Source: Nemertoderma westbladi (taxonomy: Eukaryota; Animalia; Xenacoelomorpha). From it: a DNA stretch of 64,000 nt. Shown in pieces: positions 24,901 to 37,784 of this stretch. Position 1 is the first letter of the stretch. Every line of letters starts with the position of its first letter. Below the pieces are notes generated by a model. The model did no database searches. It was given only the letters and a program-made list of their open reading frames with translations, and was not told the origin of the DNA. Both the position numbers and the translations under genes were made by a program. The stretch is taken from assembly GCA_032718475.1 (NCBI GenBank), contig JAUCBJ010008438.1:1-64000 (forward strand), read 5' to 3'.

Positions 24901-25830
24901 GAGAGAATGATGAGTTATTGTTTGGAATGTTATTAAATTTTTGTTCAGAGAAATATTTACCATCCGTATTGTTTGAGTTTAGATTTTGGTCAGGGTCTAC
25001 GTGTTGAAAAGTGGCGTTTGTATCAGTATGATTATCTGGTAGAAGACAGTCGTCATTGCGATTGTAAAATATGTCAGTGTCATTGTCTGGAACTGAAGAA
25101 AAGGGAAACGTTTCAAGATTGCAAAGGGTACAGTAGAATCTAGATGGGTCCCGCATGTTAAGTGGTAGAGTTTCTTACAGATATTGCAGGTAAATCTTAG
25201 TTCTGAAATTGAAAATGCCGTAAAGCAGAAATCACATGTAGGATGGCTGGCTAAGTCCATGGAGAGGTGGGGTGAGGGGGGGGGGGGGGGGGGGGGGGTG
25301 TATAACACGGAAATAAAAATACGCGAATTTTACGAAACTTACTAAATAAAATGCTCACGTTGTGCTTAATTGCAACACAATAACACAACTATTTGCCGGC
25401 CCCTATACAAAAAAAAATAATATGACTTTCTTAAAGTCAAATTAAATCTTTGAATCAGCACGTAATTAATGTACATCCTTCTCGTCAGATGAATGGAATC
25501 AAATATTAAAAAAAATAATCAAGTTAAATTTACAAGGAAAAAGGGTAGAGACACCGTTTCGGCGGTCATCGGGATACCGACCGGGAACGCGGTTGGTAGT
25601 GTTTTTATTTCCCGACTTTGGTCGACTTTCCGAGTGGGCGGGATCTACGTGTGGTCCTCCAGTGTTTGGTGCCGGTAGCGGTACCTTAAGGAGGTCGTCA
25701 ATATCGTGTTCGTCACATATCTTCCGAGATTGGTCTGCACTAAAACGTTTAGCGTAAATACAGTATCGCCGTTGAAAACGCGCACGGAAAATACCAAAAG
25801 GTTCCGCTTTCGATCATTTAACTTGCGCAA
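21933..25830 (-). mobile_element. Decayed CR1/L2-group LINE (ORF1 remnant, PHD finger, APE endonuclease, RT) with ~7 x 34-bp tail
   Basis: PHD CDFC..CNICKKLYHLTC..YCTLC; APE FHLNCRSL, TETFL, TLIDHI; RT DLKKAFD, GTPQGAILSATLFLLYIND, FADDT; several frameshifts. Confidence 0.88.
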
Positions 25831-26345
25831 TAGTGCCGCTCGGTGAGCAGTAAGGTGCTATGTAACTTATTTATTATTATTATTCTGTATTATTGCTTTC
25901 CTAACGAGAGAAATTATATGGAAATTACAAAGTGAAAACTAATTGTCAATGAATAAGAATATAAATAAGTATTGCGTCATGTCATTGTCTCATTGATAAG
26001 AATTGCCAGGCAGTTGACAGCTGAACCCTGTTAGTGCTGGCAACTCGCCCTGAATGGCTATAAAATGTTTTTATACCTTATCCATTATCCAATCAAACCA
26101 CACAGTCAGGCCCAGGCCTACATAATCAACTTACTGGTGCGGTGCCTGTCATTCCATTTGATTTTGATTTTGAAATTGTTAATTATTTAATATTAACATA
26201 TTACCGGATAAAATAATTGCACATTTGTACTGAATTTGAACTTTAATATACCGGTAGTTTGTGTGGCACATGTGAAGTATTCAATAATTAGCAGTTTTCC
26301 TTTTTCCTGTTATTAAATCGTACACCAGTGCCGGATTAACCTTAA

Positions 26346-27756
26346 CCCTATTACCACTGGGGGGGCCGAATCGGCCCCTTCCTAGTTTTTAGTTGCTGTA
26401 ACTATGCAACCACATTACGTACCGGCCCAATTTTTATTGAGAATTAGCCAAATTTAATGCCGCATCTTTTGCAAAAAACCACGTTGCAATTGGATTTCTA
26501 CTTTTCGATGTGGGTGCCACCTCAAAATTTGGTCTCCAGCACCAAATTTTTTGAAATTTTCGACTTTTACAAAGTCATTCGTGATTTAGTAATTATTTAT
26601 GTTTGGGCTATTTTTATTTATTTTTATTGGTTTGGATCACTCTAATGCTCTATACAAGTATGTAAGTGTAGTGGTACGTCATTTTTGGAGCACCAAAATT
26701 AGGGCGTGGCACTTTAAAATTTCAAAATTACTTTATTCGGAAAATTTACTAAAGTTTTGATTTCGAAGCATTTTTATTGGTTTTCTGGAGCGCTGAATCG
26801 ATTGAAAGTAATATAGAAGCCTGAAGACTTAGTGGTTCGCCATTTTTGGTGCACCAAAATTAGGGCGTGGCACTTCAAATTTTGAAAAATACGAGATTCG
26901 GAAAATACACTAAAGTTTTGATTTCAAAGCATTTTTATAGGTTTTCTGGAGCGCTGAATCGATTGAAAGTAATATAGAAGCCTCAAATCCTTGGTGTACG
27001 TAATTTTCGGTGCACCAAAATTAGGGCGTGGCACTTCAAATTTTCAAAATTACTTTATTCGGAAAAAACACTAAAGTTTTGATTTCAAAAAATGGCTAAC
27101 CTCTAAGTCTTCAGGCTTCTATATTACTTTCAATCGATTCAGCGGTCTAGAAAACCTATATAAATGCGTTACAATTTCAATTTTGGTTTATTTTCCGAAT
27201 CTCGTATTTTTCAAAATTTGAAGTGCCACGCCCTAATTTTGGTGCACAAAAATGGCGAACCACTAAGTCTTCAGGCTTCTATATTACTTTCAATCGATTC
27301 AGCGGCCCAGAAAACCTATAAAGATGCGTTGAAATAATAAATTAGGGGCATTTTCTGAATATCTAATTTTTCAAAATTTGAAGTGCCACGCCCACTTCTT
27401 AGGTGCACGAAAAATAGCATCCACTTCAATTTTTGGAAATGGAATATAATCACATTCGATTCAGCGTCTTGAAAAACCTACTAAATCTAGCCAACACTGC
27501 CACACTATTAGTTTTTAGAAAACGAAAAATTTTGTAATTTTGTCCTGGGACTACTTTTATTTTTCATCAAAATTATGATTCTCTGCTTATGAAATTTTAA
27601 CTTTTTAAGGTTTGGTAGTGTTCATCTATAGTTGTTTCACCAACAGCCCAAATTTTGTAGGATTTCATTGGACGATTACAAAAATATAGTGGGTGGCCGA
27701 ATCCCCCCCCCCCCCCCCCGTGGTGCTAATGGTCAAAACACCCCAGTGGAATAGGG
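26346..27756. mobile_element. Non-autonomous piggyBac-type element
   Basis: TTAA at 26342-26345 and 27757-27760; TIRs CCCTATT(A)CCACTGGGG / CCCCAGTGGAATAGGG; internal ~160-bp direct and inverted repeats; no transposase. Confidence 0.88.
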
Positions 27757-29699
27757 TTAAGGCATATAAGGCACGTACGTGCCTTAGTGTCAGCCGAAAA
27801 TACGGGCCATTTTTTCTCAACGAGTCAATCCTGTGAAAAAAATATTTTCTAAAATTTGTAGAAAAAAAGCAAGAAAGTGCATCTTTCGACTACTTTGCAT
27901 CCCTAAATTTGTGATAGAAAGTGCAAAATTCTAGCTCAGTCGACCGACAGGTGTTGTGTTATTAGTTCGAGACCTGATGGCAGGGAAATAATATAACATG
28001 GGCAGTAAAACTTTAAAGTGCTAATTATGAACCATTGAGAATTTAATTGCATTTACTTTAATTGCAATTTAATTTTAATTACAGTATTTGTCGTTATGCT
28101 CTTAAACTATCAGAACAACCACATAAATTAGTTGTAGATAAAATAGTTGTTGATGGAAAAAAAACGTGTCAGAAGTAACTTCTTGTCACTACTGTACATT
28201 AATTTAACCGAAATTCAGATGTTCTGCCCTCGTGTATTGAATTTTGCATTCGATGGCATTTTAGGTGCAATTCCTGCAAAACCTAAAACTCTCGGACAGC
28301 ATAATTGAATTTTAGTAAATTTACAGGGGCCAATCAGCCTTAAGGGGGCCAACTATAACCCCCACAGAAATGAAATTTTCGAAATTTTACACAATTTTTT
28401 GTAGTTTGATAGAAGGGCTTTATAAGGTGATATCGGTTTTCAAGATTGAATTATTTTTTTACCTCAAAACTGCTCTTTTCAACAACATAATATATTGCTG
28501 ATATTTATGACTCTCTGTATAAAAAATCTTTTTATCAGTTTGTCAATTTTGACATTTTTCATCACTAAATTCCCTACTACTATTTTATTTTATACTCAAT
28601 TGCCATCAAACATATACCAAAATGTTCAGCAGCTTTAGGACTACTATCGTTGGTTTTGTAAAACATGACCATTTGGATATTCTAGAACCGATTGTGTAAC
28701 TGCTACACTTTGTCTATCACAAAATATTAGATTACCAAAATATAGCCCAGACATACTAAATCCCCCATAAATTTTTCAAAAACAATAATTTTGTGCTAAT
28801 AAAATTGTTTTAAAGTTTTCATAGAAGATAGCCTACATATCTACATAGGTCCCTTTTACCAAAGGTGCAGGTGGTACTACAGATCTTTAAACATGAGCTA
28901 ATTTACATATAAATGCCTCACAATTTATAGAATTTTTGAAAAAAACGACCAGTGCCATATTTTTCGAACAAAGAGTTTATGAAGCTCTATTACACTTTTT
29001 ATAGCAAAGGTTTTATAGGAATAGCATAATATCCCGTTCAGTAATGTTACAATTCTTGATGAAAACTATTCTTGCAAAGTACTTATTGGCACGCAGTCAT
29101 CCAACGAAAATACTTTATATATCATTCGCAATCATCTGCCGGTATGAATACAGTATTATTTAATACGAATTTAAGTACGGTATACTATAGGCCTACTGCT
29201 ATAACCCGGCTTTCTGCTTTCTATTTCGCTTTGTAGTTTATCCCATGTAAAGATAAAGAATACCTAAAGAATTCATAAGAATCTCAATTTAGGGAAAGGA
29301 GCAGGTTACAGGGGCACGTTATTTTTAACCAAAACAATAAATTAAACACAATAGAACAGGTTACAGTTTTATTTTTGAAAGTAATCAAATGTTATTTGCG
29401 ACCAATTTCCCCTGGTGAGGGATGAATTTTTATTGCGTCCAGTTCACCCCCCCCCCCCCCCCCCCCCCTTCCTGTCTGCGCCGCTAGAGGGCAAAATATT
29501 TGAAAGTGAAAACATATCCCATTTCTTTGTTTGTAATCCGAAAGACTTGAAAGATATACAAGTAGACCACTAGCTTTGTCGTTGTGGGGACGCTGACCCG
29601 CGCAGTGGCGGTACGGCTACTGTCGCGCTACGGAAAGTCACGTTACGGCTAATCTATTGTCTTGGTATTTCATAGGGAACTTTTATATAGGGTTTACAT

Positions 29700-30440
29700 A
29701 CTGCAAGGTGACACATTACACATTAGCATCATTACTATTTGTAATTGAACTGTATTACGCAATGAGGATGGCCACAAAGGGTGAAGATCTGTGATTCACT
29801 CTTCAAGAACGCAGAAGTAGTAGATATCCGGCAACTACAGTCACATACACCGACTTTGCGGATGGCATCGCCCTGCTCTCTAATACCCTAGCAGATACAC
29901 AGCTTCTACTAAATAAAGTGGAGAGGGCTGCTAAGGAGGTTGGATTGCATATAAATGCTACCAAGACCGAATTTATGACTTTTAATGTTGATAAAAACTT
30001 GACAACCATTGATAATAATCAACTAAGGAAGGTCGATGACTTCCAGTACCTTGGATCATGGATAGAGAGTAGCAAAAAGGACATACAGTAGAAGTTAGGA
30101 AAGCAAAGGCTTGGGTAGTTCTATAAAAAATGGATGCCATCTGGAAATCAGACCTATCCACTATCCAGGCACTAAGACTAAGTTCTTCCGAGCCACAGTG
30201 GAAAGTTTATTTTTATACGGGGGTGAGACCTGGACACTGACTAAATCACTTGAACAACGAATTGATGGTTGCTACACAAGACTACTAAGGGCAGCCCTAA
30301 ACATCAGCTGGAGACAACACATGACAAACGCCGAGCTTTATGGTACAATACCACCTGTATCAACCACCCTCCGTAAACAGATTAAGACTGGCGAAGTAAA
30401 GACGAGGTCATACCGGATCTACTTTTCTGGCAACCAACTC
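29700..30440 (+). pseudogene. Decayed RTE-type LINE RT fragment (different family from the 13339 and 47843 copies)
   Basis: LQGDTL, TDFADGIALLSN, FQYLGSW, FRATVESLFLYGGETW, with stops and frameshifts. Confidence 0.75.
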
Positions 30441-30666
30441 TTACTTAAACATGTAAACCCGTCATTTCGACCGTTTGTACGTGTTTTTACAAATAACATC
30501 CCCGTCACTCGATTCAGGGAGCCTTGTTAACCCTTGCCCTTATTCAATTTATTGTTTCTACAGCCACATATATACTATACCAACAATTTTTTCGTGCACC
30601 TACCCTATTTACAGGATGGTTTTGCTGTAATTTCTTTTGGCGACAATTTTTTTAAACAGAGATATT

Positions 30667-31017
30667 TTCACCTCCCTCGTCCTCCGTGGGTGAGCCAGAA
30701 TTTTTGTTTTCGCTTTCATTCTTTAGATACAAGCGTTTAAAAAAGGTGTCTCCGTCAAAATTGCACCAGTTACACTGCAGTTATTCTTCAACCTTATAGT
30801 GATTTGTTGGTACTTATGCAGTCACGGAAAGCTGGCCATGCAAGGATTTCAAATATTAACACGATCTAAATTTCCTTGAAAAATAGATGAGGTTGAAGAA
30901 TAACTGCAGTGTAACTGGTGCAATTTTGACGGAGACACCTTTTTTAAACGCTTGTAGCTAAAGATTGAAAGCAAAAATAAAAATTGTGGCTCACCCACGA
31001 GGAGGAGGGAGGTGAAA
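30667..31017. mobile_element. Small foldback/MITE-like inverted repeat
   Basis: ~128-bp arms (30667-30794 vs 30890-31017) are near-perfect reverse complements. Confidence 0.75.
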
Positions 31018-31650
31018 CCCATCTTGGAGAATTATTATACCGTCGTTATGATAAAGTATTAATATTAAGAGAAAGGGGCAGTCAACAGTAGCACATTATT
31101 CTATCCAAAACAATAAGCGAAAGTTAATACTGTAGAACTGGCTACAGTTTAATTTTTGGTATTTTATTTTTTATTTTTAATCAGCTGTGTATTTGCTTCG
31201 ATTTCACAATGGGAGAGTGTTGAATTTTGATTGTGTTGAAAAGCCCACCGTCATCTGGCAATATATATATATGTGGTATGTGGGGGTGGGGGCCTTTATG
31301 CATGTACAGTATGTATGTGTATGTAGGCTATTGTAGTCATTAAAACATGTTCAGGCCATGGGTCGTTTACCAAATAAAATTATAAAAAACGCCTGTCACG
31401 GGCGTATTTAACAGTGTACAGTAGTTGGTAAACTTGTTTTGACTAAAGTACATAATATCATATTTTAGTATATTTAATTTGTTAGCATATACAAATAATA
31501 CATGTACACTGTCAGTCTGTAATGGATTTAAAGTAAGTGCTGTTTCTTATTCACATAGACAGTTTGAAACACACAATAAACTTTTAAATTATATTATATT
31601 ATATTATTTTATATTCAGATATTATATATTATATTAGTATAACCTTTAAA

Positions 31651-34600
31651 ATGGACAAACGAAAAAATATTTTTCTTCGACCACCACCCAACAATGCGAA
31701 ACAAAATGTATCAGATGATTCCTCGACGGAACCCCTCACTAAACCTCCACCAGGTCTCCGGGGTATAGCATTGGATATAATGCCTACACCATTGGGAGAT
31801 GTCAATCATACTGACTATGATACTGTTACTGGGGCTGTAGGTGGAAGTGAATCCCTACAGAATGATGCTGGTTTGGATGAGGATGCGACAGCAATTGGAG
31901 AATGGGACGCGAGTTCATTATTGGAAGAACATAAACCACAAAGAAATTCATCGTTTTCCAGTGAATTTCTGCATGACATAAATAACGATATCAGCCTTGA
32001 TGAATTTCCACCGCTCGGACTTACTTGCTCTGGAAAAAGCAAAAACAAGTTGCCAATGTCACATGTTGTAAGGAAACAACCGAAGCCAAAATTTGATAAA
32101 AAACTAAATGAATCTCCTAATATTCTCAACACAACCAATTCCACACAATGGCCTCCAAAAACCTTCTTCGGCGAATATCTTTCCTTGGATTTACATCCCG
32201 AAAACACAGCCACTGAAATGTTTTCAGATCTAGAAATTATATCAGGCACGGTTGTGGACATGGGTTATCGCAAATGTATATTGAGATCATTACAATCTGA
32301 TGCAAGATCTGTCTCGGTTTTGAAATCAACAATATCATCTGGTGGGATCCCGGTACAATGTGGTGATACTATAGAAACACAAGTTATCGGTGATAAAGCT
32401 TTGAGTGCGAAGGTTATAGAATTCCAAAATAGAGATCATGCGTTTTGGGAAAAATATTTACATAATACCAAACATAAAGTACTTGATGAAAGCAATGTAA
32501 GGTCAAGTACCGTGGATTTTGTGGAATTGATAAAGTGCCCTGGTGTTTGGAAATCACTTATAAAAATCCAAGATATGACTACAGATTATGTTAAGGATAT
32601 AATCACTGTATTTTTAGCACTCAACAACAATAGCTCATGGAAAAATGTGAAGTACATGGAGAATGTGTCTACTATTCTTGCAAATGATAAGTTTTTGAAA
32701 TATAATTTATCATTTCAAGAATACTTGTTATGGGATACAAATAATGGTGATGCTAATTGCAATACATTAGTGTTTCTGCTGTTAATAGTTCAATATTGTC
32801 CTACAAAGTCTAGTCTTATAGTTGACTGCATTAACAAAGCAAGGAAGAACTCTCAAGATCCTAATTTTTGGTATAACTTTATGGTAAAAGTTATCGATGT
32901 AATTTCTCAATGCCATGGTCCAAAAGATATAAGTGAGATGTTATGGAACGAATTGCCAATATTGCCTCATACCAGTGAATTAGAACATGGGTATGTAAAA
33001 GGCTTGAAAAGGGTTCAACAGAAAAAACCATACAGAGCTGCATCTGAGTACATTGATTTATATTTTCGACTGCAAAGGGCTGAAACATTTGGCTCTTTTC
33101 AATCATGTATTGTTGCCTATAAAAGTGGTAATACAAATAATAATGCTGAATATTATAATAATATCAAATTTATGTTCAATTGTTATGTATATGGGTTTTA
33201 CTTTGACAAAAAACGCTGTAATGTATCTGTAGCCTTGAAACTTGCTCCACATCCAGTAATTCAAGACTGGAAAAATCATTCTAGTCTTATGTTTGGTAAC
33301 CTTGTGGCTCTTTCTCCATCATTGGATTTTAAGAAAACATTGTGGGCCACAGTCTCGCATAGAAGTTTGAAACTTTTACAGAAGTACAATATTATACTTG
33401 TGGAAATGTTTTCTGGAAACAACAACTATCAACTGGAGTTTGAATCAATTATGGAAATGGTCAATTGTAAAAATCCAATCGCAATGATAGAGTCACCAGC
33501 ATTCTTTCTTGCATGTGAGCCAATTCTGGAGACGTTAAGAACATATGGCTTACAATGCATTCCATTTAATGAGGAGTTTATCCATTGTAAATCTTCAAAC
33601 ACAATTAGTCTGGACTATATTAAATCGAACGAATATTCAACCTTTGAAAGCCAGAGTAATGTTTTGGAATTAGAAGACCCTGTGGAAGAACTACCAGATA
33701 ATTACACTTGTGAGTTTTTGAATAGGGATGTCACTAATATTACTGACAATATCTATAAAGTAGAAGAAACCAAGTTATCAGAAATACTGTATCGCAATGA
33801 AGTATGTAAGGCTATCTATGAGGGTTTAGATGACAGTCAAAAAGAAGCTATTCGTCACTGTTTCTCAAATAGAGTTTCAATTATCCAAGGTCCCCCAGGA
33901 ACGGGGAAATCGTTTGTTGGCGTGGCTATAATACAATTACTCTACCATTCGGACATATTAATGAATAACAAAATACTGTTATTGTCATATAAAAATCGAG
34001 TTTTGGATGACTTCCTGCAAGATATAATTGAGAATGTAACAGATTCTGTTTCCCGAATAGGGGGTGGATTTCTAGACACATTTCCTGTGGAACATTTGCT
34101 CTTTGAACAAATGAAAGGGAAGCATAATAATATTAACACTAAAGAGATAATCGAAGAAATTGAAATTGCCTTTGTTGAATTAGAACGCGCCAAAGTTTTA
34201 ACATGCAATGATATGTGGCAAGAACTTACTACAGACCAAAAGCTTAGTCTGCGGGTGAAGCCGAAACTTGTTGATCCCACAATAAATGACTTAATTAATT
34301 GGTGCCCAAGTAAAGAACTTATTTTGCTCTTTGTTAAACAACTTACATATTTCGATATGAGATCCACAGGTAAATTTCAAGTGGCTGATTTTATTGAAGA
34401 GGATGAAGGAGATATTCACCAAATGGAAAAAGATAGATCACAATATCTTGGTAAGAAAAAGGATAACTTGTCTTTAAAACGCATTTTAAAGATTGAGAAC
34501 ACCGATGATATATTACGGATGGATGATGTAGCTATGGTTTATATTCAAGAATGCGGAAATCGTCTTAAAACTTGTCCTGAGAATATGTGGACTGCAGTTC

Positions 34601-36996
34601 AAGATTTAAATGAATTAAGTCAAGTAGAACGTATCTGGTTTCTGCAATTTTTAATATGGAAGCGTATTAATTCTATAAAGGCCAAATGCCTCAATTTATT
34701 CAAATTAATGAAAGAAATCAAGTGTTTGAAAAATGAATCAACTGTAGCCAATCAAGTAGCAGTGTTGAAGAATACGATGGTAATAGGAATGACAGTCACT
34801 GGCTCTAGTATTTACTCTGAAGTATTGAGAAGGATAAAACCTGAAGTGGTTGTGGTTGAGGAGGCAGCTGAAGTAACAGAACCTCAACTTCTTGCAGCTC
34901 TTGGACCATGGGTGAAGCATCTAATACTTATTGGTGACCATAAACAACTGAAACCCACCCCAAAATACAAGGACTTGCTTTCCTACGGCCTTGACTGCTC
35001 AATGATGGAACGACTAATCAATAATAAAATGCCTCATGTTGTATTGAAATATCAAAATAGAATGTTGCCTCAATTTGCAGAATTGTTGAAGGATATATAT
35101 CCAGAGCTTCAATCTAATCTTGACCGTGTGTCTCAAATTGAACCACCAACTATTATTAAGAAACCTATGTATTTCTGGTCACACAACGAGATTGAGCAAC
35201 AATTACCAAATATGAGTTATGATAATTTACATGAAGCACAACGTGTAGTAGCTTTGGTATTATTCTTTATTTATAATGGTTATTCACCACAATCTGTTAC
35301 AGTTCTAGCAGCTTATAAAGGTCAAACTGTTCTAATTCTCAAACTTATAAAGAAGGAACACAAATTATATCCTCACTTAAAACTTGTTTCGAAAATAGTT
35401 ATTTATGAAGATCAATATGATTCCGATTCTGAATCTGAAGATGATTCATCTACAACCGAACCACAGAGGAAAGTATTCCGCACATATGATAAGGTGGAGG
35501 TGAACATTAGTACCATTGATGGGTATCAGGGAGATGAAAATGATGTAGTGATTGTGTCTCTGGTTAGAAGCAATGAGAATAACCAAATTGGGTTTCTACA
35601 ACAATTGAATCGAAGGTGTGTTGCCCAATCGCGAGCACGATGTGGTCTTTACTTCATTGGAAATGTCAATACATTTATGTCTAATGAGAATTGGGAGACC
35701 CTCATTTCAAAAATGCGTGCTGAAGATTGTGTTTCTCAAACTATCACTCTATGCTGTCCCGTTCATAATGTTGTTGTAAAAGCTAAAAGTGCGAAAGAGG
35801 TCCCAAGTCCATCTTCAGTATATTGTAGTTCTGTGTGTGGCAAAATGCTTGATTGTGAACACAAGACCTGCACAAAAACCTGCAAGCCGTATCACTTACA
35901 TATAAATAACAGATGCGAAACGGAGGTCCGTTTTGATTTTGCGGATTGCGATCATAGTACCTTACAACCATGTTACAAAGGCGATGGCAAACTGGAATGT
36001 GAATTACCTTGTGAAAAATTATTGGATGGCTGCAATGAACACAAATGCCCATATAAATGCGGTGAAGTCCATGACCATTTCTACTGCGAACATGATGTTG
36101 AAATTCTACTTAAGTGTGGCCACAAAGTTACAAAGCTTTGCTATGAAAGCGAAATCGATATTAAATGCTATAAGGAGGTGAACATAACCTTAGCAAATTG
36201 TAAGCATTCCGTTGTGAAGGAATGTTGGCAAGATGAACACATTATTTTATGTCAGTCTCCTTGTGAAAGAGAATCTTTACTTTGTGGTCACCAGTGCGGG
36301 CTTCAGTGCGGACAAAGTTGTGGACGAAAATGTAGCAATTGCCTAAAAGAGGATGAACGTGATATTCTTGATGACAAACAGGAACTTTTTCGTAAAATAA
36401 AATATCAAATTAAAGAAATTAAAAAAGGAAAATTATCAAGGAGCCCATTGAGCAAAGATGATAAGGAGTATAAACTTGTCGAGCAATTATTTTGTAACTT
36501 TATGAAGCCTGCAGGTATCCAACGTCCTAATGTAACTAAAATCGAAGTAATTGTTAATCCCGGATTGATGAAAAAGTGGCTAGAATTGAGGATGGAACTA
36601 GTGGACCCTTACACAGAACCACAGAATATGTTTAGTGGTTTGACGGCCGAAGATATTAATAGAATTGCAAGTGGTGGGTTTAAGTCGAGAAGTAATAATA
36701 AGAGTTATTCTGATGATAAGCGTATGAATACAGGGCTAAATTTTTTTAGAGTCTACACCACTGGTATTGGAGGAGTACAGCTAACTAAAGAAGGTGGTCA
36801 CCAGATCTTGTTGAGCAAGGTATTGTTAGGGGCACAGCAGGTCCATAATCATGATAACGAAGGGGAATTCGACTCGGTTTTTAGTGGAGAAATTGTCGAA
36901 ACATTTGATGAAGTGGAATTCTATGAACAACACACAGTCCGTAGATGGCAACAAGCATTACCTGCGTTTGTTATTCATTACAAAGTGAACCTTTAA
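31651..36996 (+). CDS. ZNFX1: ZNFX1-like UPF1-family SF1 helicase with NFX1-type zinc fingers and a C-terminal PARP-like domain (1781 aa, single ORF)
   Basis: YFRLQRAETF, QGPPGTGKS, VEEAAEV, LIGDHKQL, TIDGYQGDEND..SLVRSN, VAQSRAR; Cys/His NFX1 repeats ~35820-36345; ARTD-like C-terminus. Orthology to ZNFX1 is not established. Confidence 0.88.
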   Translation: MDKRKNIFLRPPPNNAKQNVSDDSSTEPLTKPPPGLRGIALDIMPTPLGDVNHTDYDTVTGAVGGSESLQNDAGLDEDATAIGEWDASSLLEEHKPQRNSSFSSEFLHDINNDISLDEFPPLGLTCSGKSKNKLPMSHVVRKQPKPKFDKKLNESPNILNTTNSTQWPPKTFFGEYLSLDLHPENTATEMFSDLEIISGTVVDMGYRKCILRSLQSDARSVSVLKSTISSGGIPVQCGDTIETQVIGDKALSAKVIEFQNRDHAFWEKYLHNTKHKVLDESNVRSSTVDFVELIKCPGVWKSLIKIQDMTTDYVKDIITVFLALNNNSSWKNVKYMENVSTILANDKFLKYNLSFQEYLLWDTNNGDANCNTLVFLLLIVQYCPTKSSLIVDCINKARKNSQDPNFWYNFMVKVIDVISQCHGPKDISEMLWNELPILPHTSELEHGYVKGLKRVQQKKPYRAASEYIDLYFRLQRAETFGSFQSCIVAYKSGNTNNNAEYYNNIKFMFNCYVYGFYFDKKRCNVSVALKLAPHPVIQDWKNHSSLMFGNLVALSPSLDFKKTLWATVSHRSLKLLQKYNIILVEMFSGNNNYQLEFESIMEMVNCKNPIAMIESPAFFLACEPILETLRTYGLQCIPFNEEFIHCKSSNTISLDYIKSNEYSTFESQSNVLELEDPVEELPDNYTCEFLNRDVTNITDNIYKVEETKLSEILYRNEVCKAIYEGLDDSQKEAIRHCFSNRVSIIQGPPGTGKSFVGVAIIQLLYHSDILMNNKILLLSYKNRVLDDFLQDIIENVTDSVSRIGGGFLDTFPVEHLLFEQMKGKHNNINTKEIIEEIEIAFVELERAKVLTCNDMWQELTTDQKLSLRVKPKLVDPTINDLINWCPSKELILLFVKQLTYFDMRSTGKFQVADFIEEDEGDIHQMEKDRSQYLGKKKDNLSLKRILKIENTDDILRMDDVAMVYIQECGNRLKTCPENMWTAVQDLNELSQVERIWFLQFLIWKRINSIKAKCLNLFKLMKEIKCLKNESTVANQVAVLKNTMVIGMTVTGSSIYSEVLRRIKPEVVVVEEAAEVTEPQLLAALGPWVKHLILIGDHKQLKPTPKYKDLLSYGLDCSMMERLINNKMPHVVLKYQNRMLPQFAELLKDIYPELQSNLDRVSQIEPPTIIKKPMYFWSHNEIEQQLPNMSYDNLHEAQRVVALVLFFIYNGYSPQSVTVLAAYKGQTVLILKLIKKEHKLYPHLKLVSKIVIYEDQYDSDSESEDDSSTTEPQRKVFRTYDKVEVNISTIDGYQGDENDVVIVSLVRSNENNQIGFLQQLNRRCVAQSRARCGLYFIGNVNTFMSNENWETLISKMRAEDCVSQTITLCCPVHNVVVKAKSAKEVPSPSSVYCSSVCGKMLDCEHKTCTKTCKPYHLHINNRCETEVRFDFADCDHSTLQPCYKGDGKLECELPCEKLLDGCNEHKCPYKCGEVHDHFYCEHDVEILLKCGHKVTKLCYESEIDIKCYKEVNITLANCKHSVVKECWQDEHIILCQSPCERESLLCGHQCGLQCGQSCGRKCSNCLKEDERDILDDKQELFRKIKYQIKEIKKGKLSRSPLSKDDKEYKLVEQLFCNFMKPAGIQRPNVTKIEVIVNPGLMKKWLELRMELVDPYTEPQNMFSGLTAEDINRIASGGFKSRSNNKSYSDDKRMNTGLNFFRVYTTGIGGVQLTKEGGHQILLSKVLLGAQQVHNHDNEGEFDSVFSGEIVETFDEVEFYEQHTVRRWQQALPAFVIHYKVNL

Positions 36997-37784
36997 TAAA
37001 TCAATCATATTGAGAGAGATATAAATAAATTAATTAAACGGGAACCAACCCAAATTGTGATTTTATGTATTCGACGCGTAAGAATTTACTATATTTTAGT
37101 TCACCACTCCACTAACTGTTACGTTATTGAATTAAATTTGCATCTTCTGCGTTTATTCGTATTGTATTCAAATATTTTATAGATTTACTACTGTAAGTGT
37201 GTTGGTCGTCGAATTACTACGTAGTCCAGTACTGTAGGTGTACAAGACAAGTACAATTATATATTTAAGTATTTATATTTTAGTATAATTTTAATGTATA
37301 TGAGAGAGAAGGGGGGGGGGGGGGGGGGGGGACTCTCATCTCTGGGCTAATTTAATGTTTATTATCAATAACGGGAGGTAAGGCGTAAAGCTATGTTATA
37401 CTTCTGTAACCAAAACAAAACACTAGAGTCAGTTGCACGTTGTCACACTATCGTTGCATGATGTTTGATTGGGTCAAGAGCCCTCCCCCCACCCAATATA
37501 ATTGGTGTACCTTTTCCTATATGATTCATTGGTGTTATTATTTTACATTTCGGGTACAAATAGTATTCCACTTTTGATGCGACGCATTTTATTTGCTTTT
37601 ACTGTCATTTTTAATGATTATTTTGTCTAAATTTTTTTCAAACAAAGTTATTTTATATAAAAGTTATAAAGGAAATAAGTGGGTGAAATGTAACTTAGCA
37701 CCCAATCTAACCTATCTAATCCACTTGTATTGGACAGGCAGTGTTAAGTTACATATCCTCCATGTCATTTTAATTATATTTTTA

